64,000 bases of DNA, from positions 806,851-870,850 of the forward strand of contig NZ_CP021255.1 in NCBI RefSeq assembly GCF_002952055.1, in the 5' to 3' direction. The notes below the pieces were generated by a model, which ran no database searches, was not told where the DNA came from, and saw nothing but the letters and a program-made list of their open reading frames with translations. Each line of letters begins with the position of its first letter. Position 1 is the first letter of the stretch. This document shows positions 19,927 to 31,068 of this stretch, one piece after another. This DNA comes from Desulfobulbus oralis (lineage in GTDB: Bacteria; Desulfobacterota; Desulfobulbia; Desulfobulbales; Desulfobulbaceae). Position numbers and translations under genes: made by a program.

Positions 19927-21330
19927 ATGTCCAGCGAGCATCGGCCAGCAGACACAGTGCCCGAAACAAAACCGGCATCCCCCCCGACGGCGACCATTAT
20001 CCCTGAAGGCGAGCACCCGATCCGCGAGCAACTGCTCGACCGGGAGGCCCTGAAGGTGCTGTACCGCCTGCGCGATGCCGGCTTCAAGGGCTATCTGGTG
20101 GGCGGCGGCGTGCGCGACCTGTTTCTCGGCAAAAAGCCCAAGGATTTTGACGTCTCCACCGACGCCCGTCCCGGCGAACTGCGCAGGATTTTCAGGAACA
20201 GCCGCACCATCGGCAGGCGCTTCCGGCTGGTGCAGGTCTTCTTCCACGGCAACAGGATTGTGGAGGTCTCCACCCTGCGTTCCCACAGCGAAGGCGCCGA
20301 AAACGGCGAGGGCGACGTTCTGGCTGCCAACAACACCTTTGGCACGCTTGACGAAGACGCCTTCCGTCGCGATCTGACCATCAACGCTCTGTTCTACGAA
20401 ATAGAAAACCACACGGTCATCGATTACGTGGGCGGTGTGGCGGATCTGAACCGCGGCATCATCCGCATGGTGGGCGACCCCGGCCTGCGTTTCCACCACG
20501 ATCCGGTCAGGATGCTCCGGGCGATTCGCCATGCGGCCCGCACCGGCTTCAGCATAGACCCGGCAACTTTTGCCGCCCTGGGCGAACATGCCTCCGAACT
20601 CATGCTGTGCCCGCCCTCCCGTTTACGCGACGAAATTCTGAAGGACCTGCACTCCGGCGCCAGCCGCGCCTGGGCCGAACAGTGCATGGCCACGCCGCTC
20701 TGGCTGACACTGTTCCCCTTTCTGGGCGAAGGCGGGAAGGGGCGCGTGCGTGAAATGCGCACCATGCTGCTCAGGATGCTTGCGGAAATCGACCGGATCA
20801 ACCAGAGTGGTACCGAAGAAAAGCCGGTGCACATGGACGACCATTTCCTCTTTGCCGTCCTGCTTTTGCCCTGGGCCATCACGGCCTTTGATCTGCCCGG
20901 TGCGGAGCGGCTGCAGGGAGCGCGTTTCCACGAACTCGCGCTCGCCCTGCGCCAAGGTGTGGAGGAGTGCTTCGGCACGCCGTTCAACATCCAGCGCATG
21001 GCTAAGGATCGCATCTGTGTTCTGCTGATGCAGCTCCCGACCCTGCATCACGCCAGCGCTGGCGGCAAGCCGCCCCGGTGGCTCAAAGGCAAGAGCTACT
21101 ATGCCGAATGCAAACGCTTTTATGATCTGTTTCAGCTTGGTCTGGGCGACAGAAGCGCCGGAATTGCGGCGGAGGACTTTGTGCAGCCCAAGGCGGCAGA
21201 GCGGGTGGTCACGGTCATCAGCGCGGTAGAAACGCCCAGTTCCCGTTCCCATGGCCGGGGCAGCGGCACGCCGGTGTTCAGCAGGCAGCCGGGCGGCGTC
21301 TTTGGTCTGTGCAGAAAACCAGCGTCCTGA
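19927..21330 (+). CDS. pcnB: Poly(A) polymerase I.
   Basis: The reading frame contains LYRLRDAGFKGYLVGGGVRDLFLGKKPKDFDVSTDA...RTIGRRFRLVQV...RRDLTINALFYE...HDPVRMLRAIRHAARTGFSI. I placed the start at the internal ATG 19927. Confidence 0.8.
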   Translation: MSSEHRPADTVPETKPASPPTATIIPEGEHPIREQLLDREALKVLYRLRDAGFKGYLVGGGVRDLFLGKKPKDFDVSTDARPGELRRIFRNSRTIGRRFRLVQVFFHGNRIVEVSTLRSHSEGAENGEGDVLAANNTFGTLDEDAFRRDLTINALFYEIENHTVIDYVGGVADLNRGIIRMVGDPGLRFHHDPVRMLRAIRHAARTGFSIDPATFAALGEHASELMLCPPSRLRDEILKDLHSGASRAWAEQCMATPLWLTLFPFLGEGGKGRVREMRTMLLRMLAEIDRINQSGTEEKPVHMDDHFLFAVLLLPWAITAFDLPGAERLQGARFHELALALRQGVEECFGTPFNIQRMAKDRICVLLMQLPTLHHASAGGKPPRWLKGKSYYAECKRFYDLFQLGLGDRSAGIAAEDFVQPKAAERVVTVISAVETPSSRSHGRGSGTPVFSRQPGGVFGLCRKPAS

Positions 21331-21476
21331 ATCACCTGGCCGTGCCGCCCGCCGGCGGAACGGCGAGAAGGTGTCCCTGCTCCGGGCTTTTCGCCTGAAC
21401 CAGCTTGGCTAAAAAAAAGCGGGGTCTGGACTCTATCGCAGCGCTCTGCTGCCATTCCGTCCGGAACCGCCAAGGC

Positions 21477-22154
21477 ATGGAGCGCAAAATGCACAGCATG
21501 GCAAAGACCTTTTTTCGAAATTTACGTCAACCAGCGGGCCTTGTCGGACGCTGCGTCCTGAGTCTCATGAATATCGGCCATGCCCCACATTCGGCCTGGG
21601 GCAGGGCCCACCTGTCACCAGCCCGGGATGCGCATATCCTGGATATCGGCTGCGGCGGCGGGGCCAACCTCGCCCATTTCCTCAGGATGTGCCCCGAGGG
21701 GCTGGTGTGCGGAATTGACTTTTCAACGGTCAGCGTGGCCCACAGCCTGAGAAAAAATGCCGATGCCGTCGCAGCGGGCCGCTGTGAAGTCAGACTGGGC
21801 AACGCGTCTGCCATCCCCTATGGCGAGGACCGCTTTGACGTGGTCACCGCTTTTGAAACCCTGTACTTCTGGCCCGATCTGCCCCAGGCCTTTTCCGAGG
21901 CGTATCGGGTGCTGAAGCCGGGCGGCCTGTTCCTCATCTGCAATGAAGCGACGAATCCGGAATGCCGCTGGACTGCGTTGATCGAGGGCATGCAGGTCTA
22001 CACTGAAGATACCCTGCGCGGCCTGCTGGCAGCGGCCGGTTTCACGGACATGGACAGCGATACCGGCAGGAGGGGCAATCTGTGTCTGCGTGCCCGCAAA
22101 GCTCCGCGCGGGAATGGGGAAGAGGCGGCGGCCCAATCCGGCGAGAGTGCATGA
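21477..22154 (+). CDS. Class I SAM-dependent methyltransferase.
   Basis: The protein has the ILDIGCGGGANLAHF motif and VLKPGGLFLI. The start could be ATG 21477, 21489 or 21498. Confidence 0.65.
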   Translation: MERKMHSMAKTFFRNLRQPAGLVGRCVLSLMNIGHAPHSAWGRAHLSPARDAHILDIGCGGGANLAHFLRMCPEGLVCGIDFSTVSVAHSLRKNADAVAAGRCEVRLGNASAIPYGEDRFDVVTAFETLYFWPDLPQAFSEAYRVLKPGGLFLICNEATNPECRWTALIEGMQVYTEDTLRGLLAAAGFTDMDSDTGRRGNLCLRARKAPRGNGEEAAAQSGESA

Positions 22155-22244
22155 CTTGTTAGGCGGCATTTCGCAGCGCACGATTTCCTTTCCGGGAGCC
22201 AGGGGCGCGCCCACTCTCGGCCACAGCAATCTTGCGGCCCGGCG

Positions 22245-23012
22245 CTATCGGGCGGCAAGTCCAATCATGGAGCCGTTTCTGCCGCACAGGCCGCCGTTTT
22301 CCCGTTTCGCGCGGCGGAACGAAAAATACCCATGATTGCAACACGTGCAAATGCCCATGATCCCAATCTGGGCGGCCGGTACGCCGGCTGTCGCAAGCTG
22401 TCTGGCGCTCATGGCCCAGAAGTCGAAATGCGCGGGCTTGCCGGTTGCGGCAAAGGCATGCATCCATGCCGGCAATTCCTGTTTGTAGGTGATGAATTCG
22501 GCGCAGCAGGGCCCGAGAGAGGGGCTCACGACCGCGCGCAGCTCTGCGGGACGCACGCCAAATGCGGACCGCATCCGGGCAACGGTCTTGCCGATGATGT
22601 TCGCCACGCTGCCGCGCCAGCCGCAGTGCACCGCGGCCACGACCCGTCGCCCGGGCGCGTGCAGCAAAACCGCCTGGCAATCCGCCTGCTGAATCAAAAG
22701 CGCCAGCCCCGGCACATTCGTGATGACGGCGTCAAATCCGGAAAATTCCCCGCTCTCCGGCATGTGGTCCAAAAGCAGTACTCGGTCGGCATGCACCTGC
22801 TGCAGGGCGACCAACTGTCTCAGGCCCAGGGCGGCCAGCGCCCGTCGCCGGTTTTCCTGCACCAGATCCTGCTTGTCGCCCACATGGCAGGACAGATTGA
22901 GCGTGGCAAAAGGCCCGGCGCTCACCCCGCCCAGACGGCAGAACATGGCGTGCGGCGTTTGCAGCAGGGGATGTTGCAATGCGGGCGGCAGGGCGCTCTT
23001 CACTTCGGGCAT
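22245..23012 (-). CDS. pgeF: Purine nucleoside phosphorylase/laccase-domain protein of the YfiH/PgeF family.
   Basis: The protein reads ...HCGWRGS...LGPCCAEF...CTCC. I placed the start at the internal ATG 23012, which gives 255 aa. Confidence 0.7.
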   Translation of the reverse strand: MPEVKSALPPALQHPLLQTPHAMFCRLGGVSAGPFATLNLSCHVGDKQDLVQENRRRALAALGLRQLVALQQVHADRVLLLDHMPESGEFSGFDAVITNVPGLALLIQQADCQAVLLHAPGRRVVAAVHCGWRGSVANIIGKTVARMRSAFGVRPAELRAVVSPSLGPCCAEFITYKQELPAWMHAFAATGKPAHFDFWAMSARQLATAGVPAAQIGIMGICTCCNHGYFSFRRAKRENGGLCGRNGSMIGLAAR

Positions 23013-23096
23013 GCTGGTCGGTCCTCTTGAGATCCAAAGGGGGCAAGCTCCGCTCAGAAAACCACAGTGCAGGCCCGGGAGCAAGGGGCTTTGCGT

Positions 23097-23118
23097 TTTT
23101 CCGGCCTTTGCCGGAAAA
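23097..23118. promoter_or_regulatory. Perfect palindrome TTTTCCGGC-N4-GCCGGAAAA upstream of the TRAP transporter operon; a candidate operator.
   Basis: The arms are 9 bp, and the TTTCCGGC half-site recurs a third time 15 bp downstream. It lies between divergent pgeF and dctP-like genes. Confidence 0.3.
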
Positions 23119-23293
23119 GGCCGTGCTTTCCGGCTTCTTTTGTCAAGACATGCACTTTCCGATTGAATTTTTCCCGTTTGGTCACGTACATTGAGGCCAT
23201 GGCCGGAGCAGCCGGCCCCGCTTTTGCCCATGACCCTTCGCTCTGGGCGGGACATGGGCTGCCCCAACCCTTTCCTGTAATGGAGGTTCGGAA

Positions 23294-24301
23294 ATGAAAC
23301 GGAGTATTGCGCTCTTTGTCGCCCTGGGGATGATCTGTGGCCTGGCTCTTGCCGTCGCGCCGTCCGCCCGGGCAGCCAAGCCCCTCATCGTCAAGATTGC
23401 CGGCATGAAGCCAGAGGGCGAGCCGGAAACCATTGGCATGCACCAGTTCGGCAAGTATCTAGAAGAGCTGTCGCAGGGCAAGTACAAGGTGCAGGTCTTC
23501 CCCAACAGCCAGCTCGGCAAGGAAGACGCCTACATCGCCAGCACCCGCAAGGGCGTTATCCAGATGTGCGCCACCGGCACCCAGACCTCGGCCCTGCATC
23601 CGGCCATGGCCATGCTGGAAACCCCCATGCTGTACGATGATCTGGACCACGCCCGCCGTGCCATGGCAGGCAAGACCTTTGAGCTGATCAACGAAGGCTT
23701 CACGGAAAAATCCGGCCTGCGGACCCTGAACGCCTTCCCGCTGGGCTTCCGTCATTTCTACACCAAAAAACCCATCAAGAGCATCAATGACCTGAAAGGC
23801 CTGAGGATGCGCGTGCCCAACATTCCGCTGTACACCAATTTCGCCAAGGAATGCGGCATCAGCGGTCAGCCCATGCCCTTTGCCGAGGTGCCCGGCGCGC
23901 TGGACCAGGGCGTGATCGACGGCGGCGACAGCCCGCTGGCCGACATTGTGAGCCTGAAGATGTACGAGATTACGCCGGAAATCACCCTGACCGGTCATAT
24001 TCTGGTCATCCATTCGCTCTACATCAACGACAGGTTCTATCAAAGCCTGCCCGCAGAAGACAAAAAGTGGTTTGACGAGGCGGCCAGGCGTTCGGCCGAC
24101 GACGTGTGGCAACTGGTCAAGGAGGGCGACCTCAAGGCCAGGGAAACCATCACCGCCGGCGGCGGACGCATCACCGAGCCGACCAGCGAATTCCATGACT
24201 ACATGGTGGAGGCCGGCAAGCGGAGCTGGAAGCTCTTCTATGACACGGTACCCAATGCCCAGGCCATTCTGGACAGTGCCGCCAGCTACCGCAGCAAATA
24301 A
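23294..24301 (+). CDS. dctP: TRAP transporter substrate-binding protein (DctP family).
   Basis: The protein has a signal peptide (MKRSIALFVALGMICGLALAVAPSARA) and the DctP fold. It is 335 aa. Confidence 0.85.
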   Translation: MKRSIALFVALGMICGLALAVAPSARAAKPLIVKIAGMKPEGEPETIGMHQFGKYLEELSQGKYKVQVFPNSQLGKEDAYIASTRKGVIQMCATGTQTSALHPAMAMLETPMLYDDLDHARRAMAGKTFELINEGFTEKSGLRTLNAFPLGFRHFYTKKPIKSINDLKGLRMRVPNIPLYTNFAKECGISGQPMPFAEVPGALDQGVIDGGDSPLADIVSLKMYEITPEITLTGHILVIHSLYINDRFYQSLPAEDKKWFDEAARRSADDVWQLVKEGDLKARETITAGGGRITEPTSEFHDYMVEAGKRSWKLFYDTVPNAQAILDSAASYRSK

Positions 24302-24381
24302 TTTTTTGCCCGTACGGGCCGGGAATCTTGCCTTCCCGGCCTTTTTTATTCGTCCGTTCCGAGACCAGGGGAAAAGAAGCC

Positions 24382-24897
24382 ATGCAAGAGAACAAAACCC
24401 AGTCTCCGCCGCAGAAGTCGAATCCGGCGCAGCTGCTGTTCGAGATTTTCTGCGCCGTCATCTTTCTGGGCATGATCGGGCTGGTGTTCTACAACGCCGT
24501 GCTGCGCAAATTTTTCGGATCGAGCTTCCCACCCAGTGAGGAGTGGGCTCGCTTCCTCTTCATCTACATCACCTTTTTCGGCGCAATCGAGGCCTTCATT
24601 CACCACAAGCACATTGCGGTCGACCTCCTGGTGAACCTGCTCTCCGGCCTCACGCGCAAGACCGTCAACATCCTGGCTTCGGCGTTCAGCCTGCTGGCCC
24701 TGGGGCTGCTGCTCTACGGCGGCCTGATCAATGTGCAGCAGACCATGGACACCAGATCCGTGGCCACGGGCGTCAACATGGCGCTGATCAACGGCACCCT
24801 GCCCCTCATGGCCATAGCCGCCATTCTGGTGGAACTGCGCTCGCTCTGGAAAATCATTCGCCGGCCCGCGGCCTTGTTTCACAAGGGACAGGGGTGA
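24382..24897 (+). CDS. dctQ: TRAP transporter small permease (DctQ family).
   Basis: The protein has four transmembrane helices and is 171 aa. It sits between the SBP and DctM genes. Confidence 0.75.
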   Translation: MQENKTQSPPQKSNPAQLLFEIFCAVIFLGMIGLVFYNAVLRKFFGSSFPPSEEWARFLFIYITFFGAIEAFIHHKHIAVDLLVNLLSGLTRKTVNILASAFSLLALGLLLYGGLINVQQTMDTRSVATGVNMALINGTLPLMAIAAILVELRSLWKIIRRPAALFHKGQG

Positions 24898-24900
24898 GCC

Positions 24901-26190
24901 ATGGAACTCCTCATCTTCCTCGGGTCGCTGTTCTTTTTCATGCTGCTGGGCGTGCCGCTGGCCCTGGTCCTGGTCTTGTGCGCCATTGTGCTCATGTGGC
25001 ATTCGGGCATGTGGGACGCCATGATCATTCCCGGCAGCATGCTGGACGGCGCCAACAACTACCCGCTCATGGCCATTCCCTTCTTCGTGTTCGCAGGCGA
25101 AATCATGGCAGCCGGCGGCCTGTCCAAGCGGGTGGTGCAACTGGCCCAGCTCATCATCGGCCGGGTGCGCGGCGGTCTGGGCTATGCGGCCGTCATTGCC
25201 AGCATCATCTTTGCCGGACTCATGGGCAGTTCGGTTGGCGAAGCCGCGGCCTTGGGCGGCCTCCTGCTCCCCATGATGCGGGAGGTGGGTTATCATCCCG
25301 GCCGGGCCGGCGCAGTGGTGGCCTCGGGCGCCATTCTTGGCCCCATCATCCCGCCCAGCACCAACTTCATCCTCCTGGGCGCCACAATCAGCGGCCTCTC
25401 CATTACCAAGCTCTTCATGATCGGCCTCATGCCCGGCATCATGATCGGCCTGGCCCTCTGCATAGTCTGGTTTTTCATTGTGCGCCACGACGGCTACAAC
25501 GAGACCATCAAGTTCAGCGCCAGGGAGGCGGTACGCATCGTTATTGACTGCACCCCCGCCTTTTTGATGCCCGTGCTGCTGCTGGGCGGCATCCGCTTCG
25601 GCTTCTTTACCCCTACGGAGGGCGGCGCCTTTGCGGCGGTCTATGCGATTCTGGTCTGCGTGTTCTACTACCGGGAGCTGAACCTCCGCGAACTCCTGCG
25701 CGTGAGCGCCCGGGCGGCCCGCACCACCTCAGTGGTCATGCTGATTGTGGCCACGGCCACGGCAGTGGGTTGGTTCATCACCATAGCCCGGATTCCGGAC
25801 CAGGTGACCCAGTTGTTCACGCCCCTGATCGACAAGCCGATTCTGCTGCTCCTGTGCATCAACGTCTTCCTGTTCCTGATCGGCATGGTCATGGACCTGA
25901 CGCCCAATGTGCTCATCTTCGCGCCGGTCTTCTATCCGCTCATCCAGCAGGCCGGCATCAACGAGTACTACTTTGGCCTGCTCTTCATTCTGAATCTGGG
26001 CATCGGCGTTATCACCCCGCCAGTGGGCACGGTACTCTACGTGGTGTGCAGCGTGGGGAACATCAAGTTCACCGATCTGGTGGTCAAGCTCATACCCTTT
26101 CTGCTGGTGGAAATAGGGATGCTCTTCCTGCTGCTCTTCTTCCCGAAACTGTCCATCGTGCCCATGAACTGGCTCATGGGCGGCGGCTAA
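24901..26190 (+). CDS. dctM: TRAP transporter large permease (DctM family).
   Basis: The protein is a 429-aa polytopic membrane protein with DctM signature segments. Confidence 0.9.
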   Translation: MELLIFLGSLFFFMLLGVPLALVLVLCAIVLMWHSGMWDAMIIPGSMLDGANNYPLMAIPFFVFAGEIMAAGGLSKRVVQLAQLIIGRVRGGLGYAAVIASIIFAGLMGSSVGEAAALGGLLLPMMREVGYHPGRAGAVVASGAILGPIIPPSTNFILLGATISGLSITKLFMIGLMPGIMIGLALCIVWFFIVRHDGYNETIKFSAREAVRIVIDCTPAFLMPVLLLGGIRFGFFTPTEGGAFAAVYAILVCVFYYRELNLRELLRVSARAARTTSVVMLIVATATAVGWFITIARIPDQVTQLFTPLIDKPILLLLCINVFLFLIGMVMDLTPNVLIFAPVFYPLIQQAGINEYYFGLLFILNLGIGVITPPVGTVLYVVCSVGNIKFTDLVVKLIPFLLVEIGMLFLLLFFPKLSIVPMNWLMGGG

Positions 26191-26234
26191 AGCATTGCAA
26201 CCTTAAGATTGTATAGAGCCACAAGATCTGAACC

Positions 26235-26280
26235 AGCCCTGGGCATCGTTTGCAGAAACGCGGTCCAGGGCTTTGTCGAT
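26235..26280 (+). terminator. Candidate terminator hairpin after the TRAP operon.
   Basis: The stem AGCCCTGG/CCAGGGCT has a 22-nt loop and is followed by TTTGTCGATT. The U-tract is weak. Confidence 0.3.
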
Positions 26281-26367
26281 TCCCGCTGACCAGGTCTTGA
26301 TGAATTCACGTTGCACGTGCAGCAAGCGGCTCCGGCGCCAGAATGCGGCTGCTGCGCACAAATGCCA

Positions 26368-26396
26368 TTGACTTTAAGGGGCGTTTCCGAAAATAT
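26368..26396 (+). promoter_or_regulatory. Candidate sigma70 promoter for the liv operon.
   Basis: TTGACT is followed by a 17-nt spacer and AAATAT, about 65 nt upstream of the livK ATG. Confidence 0.25.
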
Positions 26397-26461
26397 ACGG
26401 GGCGTTTGCGCTCCGGTTGGTCGGGGCGCTTTTCGCGCATTCGCTGTCAGGAGGAACAGCC

Positions 26462-27604
26462 ATGAAGAAATTGACGGGCCTTGCGGCCCTGACTTTGGCG
26501 CTCTGTCTCGCCGCTCTGGGCGCTTTTGTCCAGACCGGTCATGCCAACGAGGCCATCCGCATCGGTCTCATGGGCCCGATGACCGGTTCCTGGGCCAGCG
26601 AAGGTCAGGAGATGAAGCAGGTGGTGGAGCTTTTGGCCGAGCAGTACAATCAGGCGGGCGGCGTTTTGGGCAGAAAAATCGAAATCCTCACCGAGGATGA
26701 CGGCAGCGATCCCCGTACCGCGTCACTGGCCGCCAACAAACTCGCGACCCGCAACATTGTGGCCGTGATCGGCACCTATGGTTCCTCCATCACCGAGGCC
26801 TCCCAGAGCATCTTCGACGAGGCCGGCATCGTGCAGATTGCCAACGGCTCCACGGCCGTGCGCCTCTCCGCCAAGGGCATGCCCAACTTCTTCCGTACCT
26901 GCCCGCGGGATGACGACCAGGGTAAAATGGCGGCCAGCGCCCTGAAAAAGCTGGGCGCAAAAAAGGTGGCCATTCTCCATGACAATAGCTCCTACGCCAA
27001 GGGACTGGCCGAGGAAAGCCGGGAACACCTGCAGGCAGCAGGCGTGTCGGTCATCTTTTTCGACGCGCTGACGCCGGGCGAACTGGACTACAACGCCATC
27101 CTGACCAAACTCAAGGCCGCTGATGCGGACTTTGTCTTTTTCACCGGCTACTATCCGGAAGCCGGGCTGCTCCTGCGCCAGAAAAAGGAAATGGGCTGGA
27201 ATGTGCCCTTCATGGGCGGCGATGCCGTGAACAATCCGGCGTTGATCGAAACCGCCGGCACTGCCGCTGCCGAGGGCTTCTACTTTGTCAGCCCGCTGCT
27301 GCCGGCCAATCTGGACACGCCGGATGCCAAAAGTTTTGTCGAGGCCTTTACGAAAAAGTACGGCAATGCGCCGAAATCCATCTATCCGGTGCTGGCGGGC
27401 GACGGCCTGCGCGTACTGGTCGAGGCCTTTAAACAGACAGGCACTACGGAGAGCGCAAAGGTGTCTGCCTATCTGAAATCTGCCCTGAAGAATTATTCCG
27501 GGCTGACCGGCCCGCTCGCCTTCAGCGAAAGCGGTGACCGGGCGGGTAATGTCTACCGGCTCTACAGGGTTGACGCCAGGGGCCTGTTTGTGCCCGAAAA
27601 CTGA
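26462..27604 (+). CDS. livK: Branched-chain amino acid ABC transporter substrate-binding protein.
   Basis: ATG 26462 is preceded by the RBS AGGAGG. The protein has a signal peptide and the LivJ/K periplasmic binding fold. Confidence 0.85.
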   Translation: MKKLTGLAALTLALCLAALGAFVQTGHANEAIRIGLMGPMTGSWASEGQEMKQVVELLAEQYNQAGGVLGRKIEILTEDDGSDPRTASLAANKLATRNIVAVIGTYGSSITEASQSIFDEAGIVQIANGSTAVRLSAKGMPNFFRTCPRDDDQGKMAASALKKLGAKKVAILHDNSSYAKGLAEESREHLQAAGVSVIFFDALTPGELDYNAILTKLKAADADFVFFTGYYPEAGLLLRQKKEMGWNVPFMGGDAVNNPALIETAGTAAAEGFYFVSPLLPANLDTPDAKSFVEAFTKKYGNAPKSIYPVLAGDGLRVLVEAFKQTGTTESAKVSAYLKSALKNYSGLTGPLAFSESGDRAGNVYRLYRVDARGLFVPEN

Positions 27605-27661
27605 AGATGCTTCCGGGTTCGCCAGATATGCGATCCCGCTTTTCGGCCCAGGGACCTTTTG

Positions 27662-28618
27662 ATGGGATCTTTTCTGCAGCACTTTGCCGACGGCTTCGCG
27701 GCCAGCGGCGGTTTTGAGCAGCTCTTTCAGCAACTGACCGGCGGTCTGGCGGTGGGCGGCATCTATGCCCTGGTGGCGCTGGGCTATACCATGGTCTACG
27801 GCGTACTGAAGCTGATCAACTTCGCGCACGGCGACCTCTTCACCATTGGCGCCTACCTGGGCCTGACCCTGCTGGGCTCCCTGGCTCTGGGCGAGCATCT
27901 GGGCGCCTTCGCGGGCATTGCCGTGCTGGCCCTCATGGTCATGGTGCTGGTCGGCCTGATCGGCATCATTCTGGAGCGCAGCGCCTACCGGCCCCTGCGC
28001 ACCTCACCCAGGCTTTCCGCCGTGGTGTCGGCCCTGGGGGCCTCCATCTTTTTCCAGAATGCCGTCATGCTCATCTACGGGCCGGGCAAGTTCGTGTTTC
28101 CCCAGGGGCTTTTGCCCGCAACGCCGGTGCAGCTCTTTGGCTTTTCCGTGCCGCTCATGCGCATCCTCATCCTGGCCGCCTCCCTCCTGATGATGGTGGC
28201 GCTCTACCTGTTTGTGCAGAAGACCCGCATCGGCACGGCCATCCGGGCGGCAGCCATCGATCAGGACGCGGCCCGGCTCATGGGCATCGACGTTAACTTC
28301 GTCATCATGATCGTGTTCTTCATCGGCCCGGCCCTGGGCGGCGCGGCGGGATTGATGGTGGGGCTGTACTACGGCCAGATCGGTTTCACCATGGGCTGGA
28401 TTTATGGCCTCAAGGCCTTTGCCGCGGCCATCATCGGCGGCATTGGCAATATCCCCGGCGCCATGCTGGGGGGGCTTTTGCTGGGGGTGATTGAGGCTCT
28501 GGGCGCGGCCTACATTTCCTTTGCCTGGAAAGACGCCATCGCCTTTTTCGTGTTGATTCTGATTCTGATTGTGCGGCCCACCGGGATTCTGGGTGAACGG
28601 GTGGCGGAAAAGATATGA
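27662..28618 (+). CDS. livH: Branched-chain amino acid ABC transporter permease LivH.
   Basis: The protein is a 318-aa LivH-type permease. Confidence 0.85.
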   Translation: MGSFLQHFADGFAASGGFEQLFQQLTGGLAVGGIYALVALGYTMVYGVLKLINFAHGDLFTIGAYLGLTLLGSLALGEHLGAFAGIAVLALMVMVLVGLIGIILERSAYRPLRTSPRLSAVVSALGASIFFQNAVMLIYGPGKFVFPQGLLPATPVQLFGFSVPLMRILILAASLLMMVALYLFVQKTRIGTAIRAAAIDQDAARLMGIDVNFVIMIVFFIGPALGGAAGLMVGLYYGQIGFTMGWIYGLKAFAAAIIGGIGNIPGAMLGGLLLGVIEALGAAYISFAWKDAIAFFVLILILIVRPTGILGERVAEKI

Positions 28619-29592
28619 AACGGCTCTTTGGATATCTCGCCCTTTTCGCGCTCCTGGCCGCCGCTCCGCTGCTCCTGAACCGGTTTTGCGCAGACAGCCG
28701 CTACTGGGTGGATGTGCTGAACAGCGTGGGCCTTTATCTCGTTTTGGCCCTCAGTCTGAACATCATCCTGGGCTATGCCGGCATGTTCAACATGGGCCAT
28801 GCCGTGTTTTACGCCATCGGCGCCTACACGACAGCCATCCTGAACACCCGCTTCGGGGTGCCCGTCCTGGCCACCCTGCCGCTCGCAGGCTGCACTGCGG
28901 CCGTCTTCGCGCTGATGACGGCCCGGCCCATCATCCACCTCAGGGGCGATTATCTGCTGATTGTCACCATTGGCATGGTGGAAATCGTCCGCATTGCGCT
29001 GATGAACGACGTCTTCGGCCTGACCGGCGGGGCCAACGGCATTTTTGGCATTGAGCGCATCAGGTTCTTCGGCTTCAGGCTGACAAAACCCGTCCACTAT
29101 TTTTACCTGATCTGGGCCTTTGCCGGGCTGACGGTCCTGCTCTTTTCCCTGCTGGAAAATTCCCGTTTTGGCCGCGCCCTCAGGTATCTCAACGCAGACG
29201 AGGTGGCGGCCGCAGGCAGCGGTATCGATGTGGCCCACTACAGGCTGGCCGCCTTTGTACTGGGCGCGGGCTGGGCCGGCATGTGCGGTACGCTCTTTGC
29301 CGCCAAGATGACCATCATCTCCCCGCAATCGTTCAACTACTGGGAATCGGTGCTGCTGTTCATGATCGTCATCCTGGGCGGTTCGGGCAGCATTCCCGGC
29401 GTGATTCTGGGCGCCTTTCTGGTGGCCGGCCTGCCGGAACTGTTCAGAAGTTTTGACAATGCCCGGCAGCTCGTCTTCGGCCTGGCGCTGATGATCATGA
29501 TGATTGTACGACCCCAGGGGCTGTTGCCACCCAAAACGCGGCGCTACCAGGCGGCCGCGCCGCTCACGGCTCTGGCGGAGAAAACACCGTGA
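28615..29592 (+). CDS. livM: Branched-chain amino acid ABC transporter permease LivM.
   Basis: The protein is a 325-aa LivM-type permease. Its start overlaps the livH stop codon. Confidence 0.85.
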   Translation: MKRLFGYLALFALLAAAPLLLNRFCADSRYWVDVLNSVGLYLVLALSLNIILGYAGMFNMGHAVFYAIGAYTTAILNTRFGVPVLATLPLAGCTAAVFALMTARPIIHLRGDYLLIVTIGMVEIVRIALMNDVFGLTGGANGIFGIERIRFFGFRLTKPVHYFYLIWAFAGLTVLLFSLLENSRFGRALRYLNADEVAAAGSGIDVAHYRLAAFVLGAGWAGMCGTLFAAKMTIISPQSFNYWESVLLFMIVILGGSGSIPGVILGAFLVAGLPELFRSFDNARQLVFGLALMIMMIVRPQGLLPPKTRRYQAAAPLTALAEKTP

Positions 29593-30351
29593 GCCTCCTC
29601 GCTCTCGAGCGCATCAGCAAGCGTTTTGGTGGACTGCTAGCCGTTGACCGGGTGAGTTTTGCCGTGGAAGAGGGCAGAGTGGTCGGCCTGATCGGCCCCA
29701 ACGGGGCGGGCAAGACCACGGTTTTCAACCTGATTACCGGCAACCTCAGACCAGATGCGGGCACGGTCTTTTTCCGCGGCCAGAATCTGCATGGACAAGC
29801 ACCCCACAGGATTGTGGCGCTGGGCATTGCCCGCACCTTCCAGAGCATCCGGCTCTTTCAGGGCATGAGTGTGCTGGAAAATGTGCTGGCCGGCTGTCAC
29901 TGCCGCATGCAGGCCGGCCTGTTTTCGTCACTCTTCCATACCCCGGGCCAGCGCCGGGAGGAGCGGGCCGCCCTTGCCGAGGCCCAGCGCGTGCTGGCAT
30001 TCGTGGGGCTTTTGGCGGCTGCGAACCAAGTGGCCGGAAACCTGTCCTACGGCAAGCAGCGGCTCCTGGAAATCGCCCGGGCACTGGCCACCCGGCCCAG
30101 TCTGCTCATCCTGGACGAGCCGGCAGGCGGCATGAACGAGCAGGAAACCGCCGAGCTGGCCAGCCTCATTGCCCGGCTGCGGGTACAGGGTCTGAGCATT
30201 CTGTTGATCGAGCATGACATGCGGCTCGTGATGCGTTCCTGCGACCATCTGGTGGTTTTGGAGTATGGCCGCAAGATTGCAGAGGGCACGCCCGCGGAAA
30301 TTCGGAGCAACCCGAAAGTGATAGAGGCCTATCTGGGCGCGGATACGGACG

Positions 30352-30368
<17 letters not shown>
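29589..30368 (+). CDS. livG: Branched-chain amino acid ABC transporter ATP-binding protein LivG.
   Basis: The protein has Walker A (GPNGAGKTT), the signature motif (LSYGKQRLLEIARAL) and Walker B (LLILDEPAGG). Confidence 0.9.

Positions 30369-31068
<700 letters not shown>

Noticed and set aside
24346-27898. Minus-strand ORFs of 380 and 391 aa.
   Set aside because: They are antisense to the TRAP permeases and to livK. The composition is dominated by Gly/Ala/His/Asp runs with no domain signatures.
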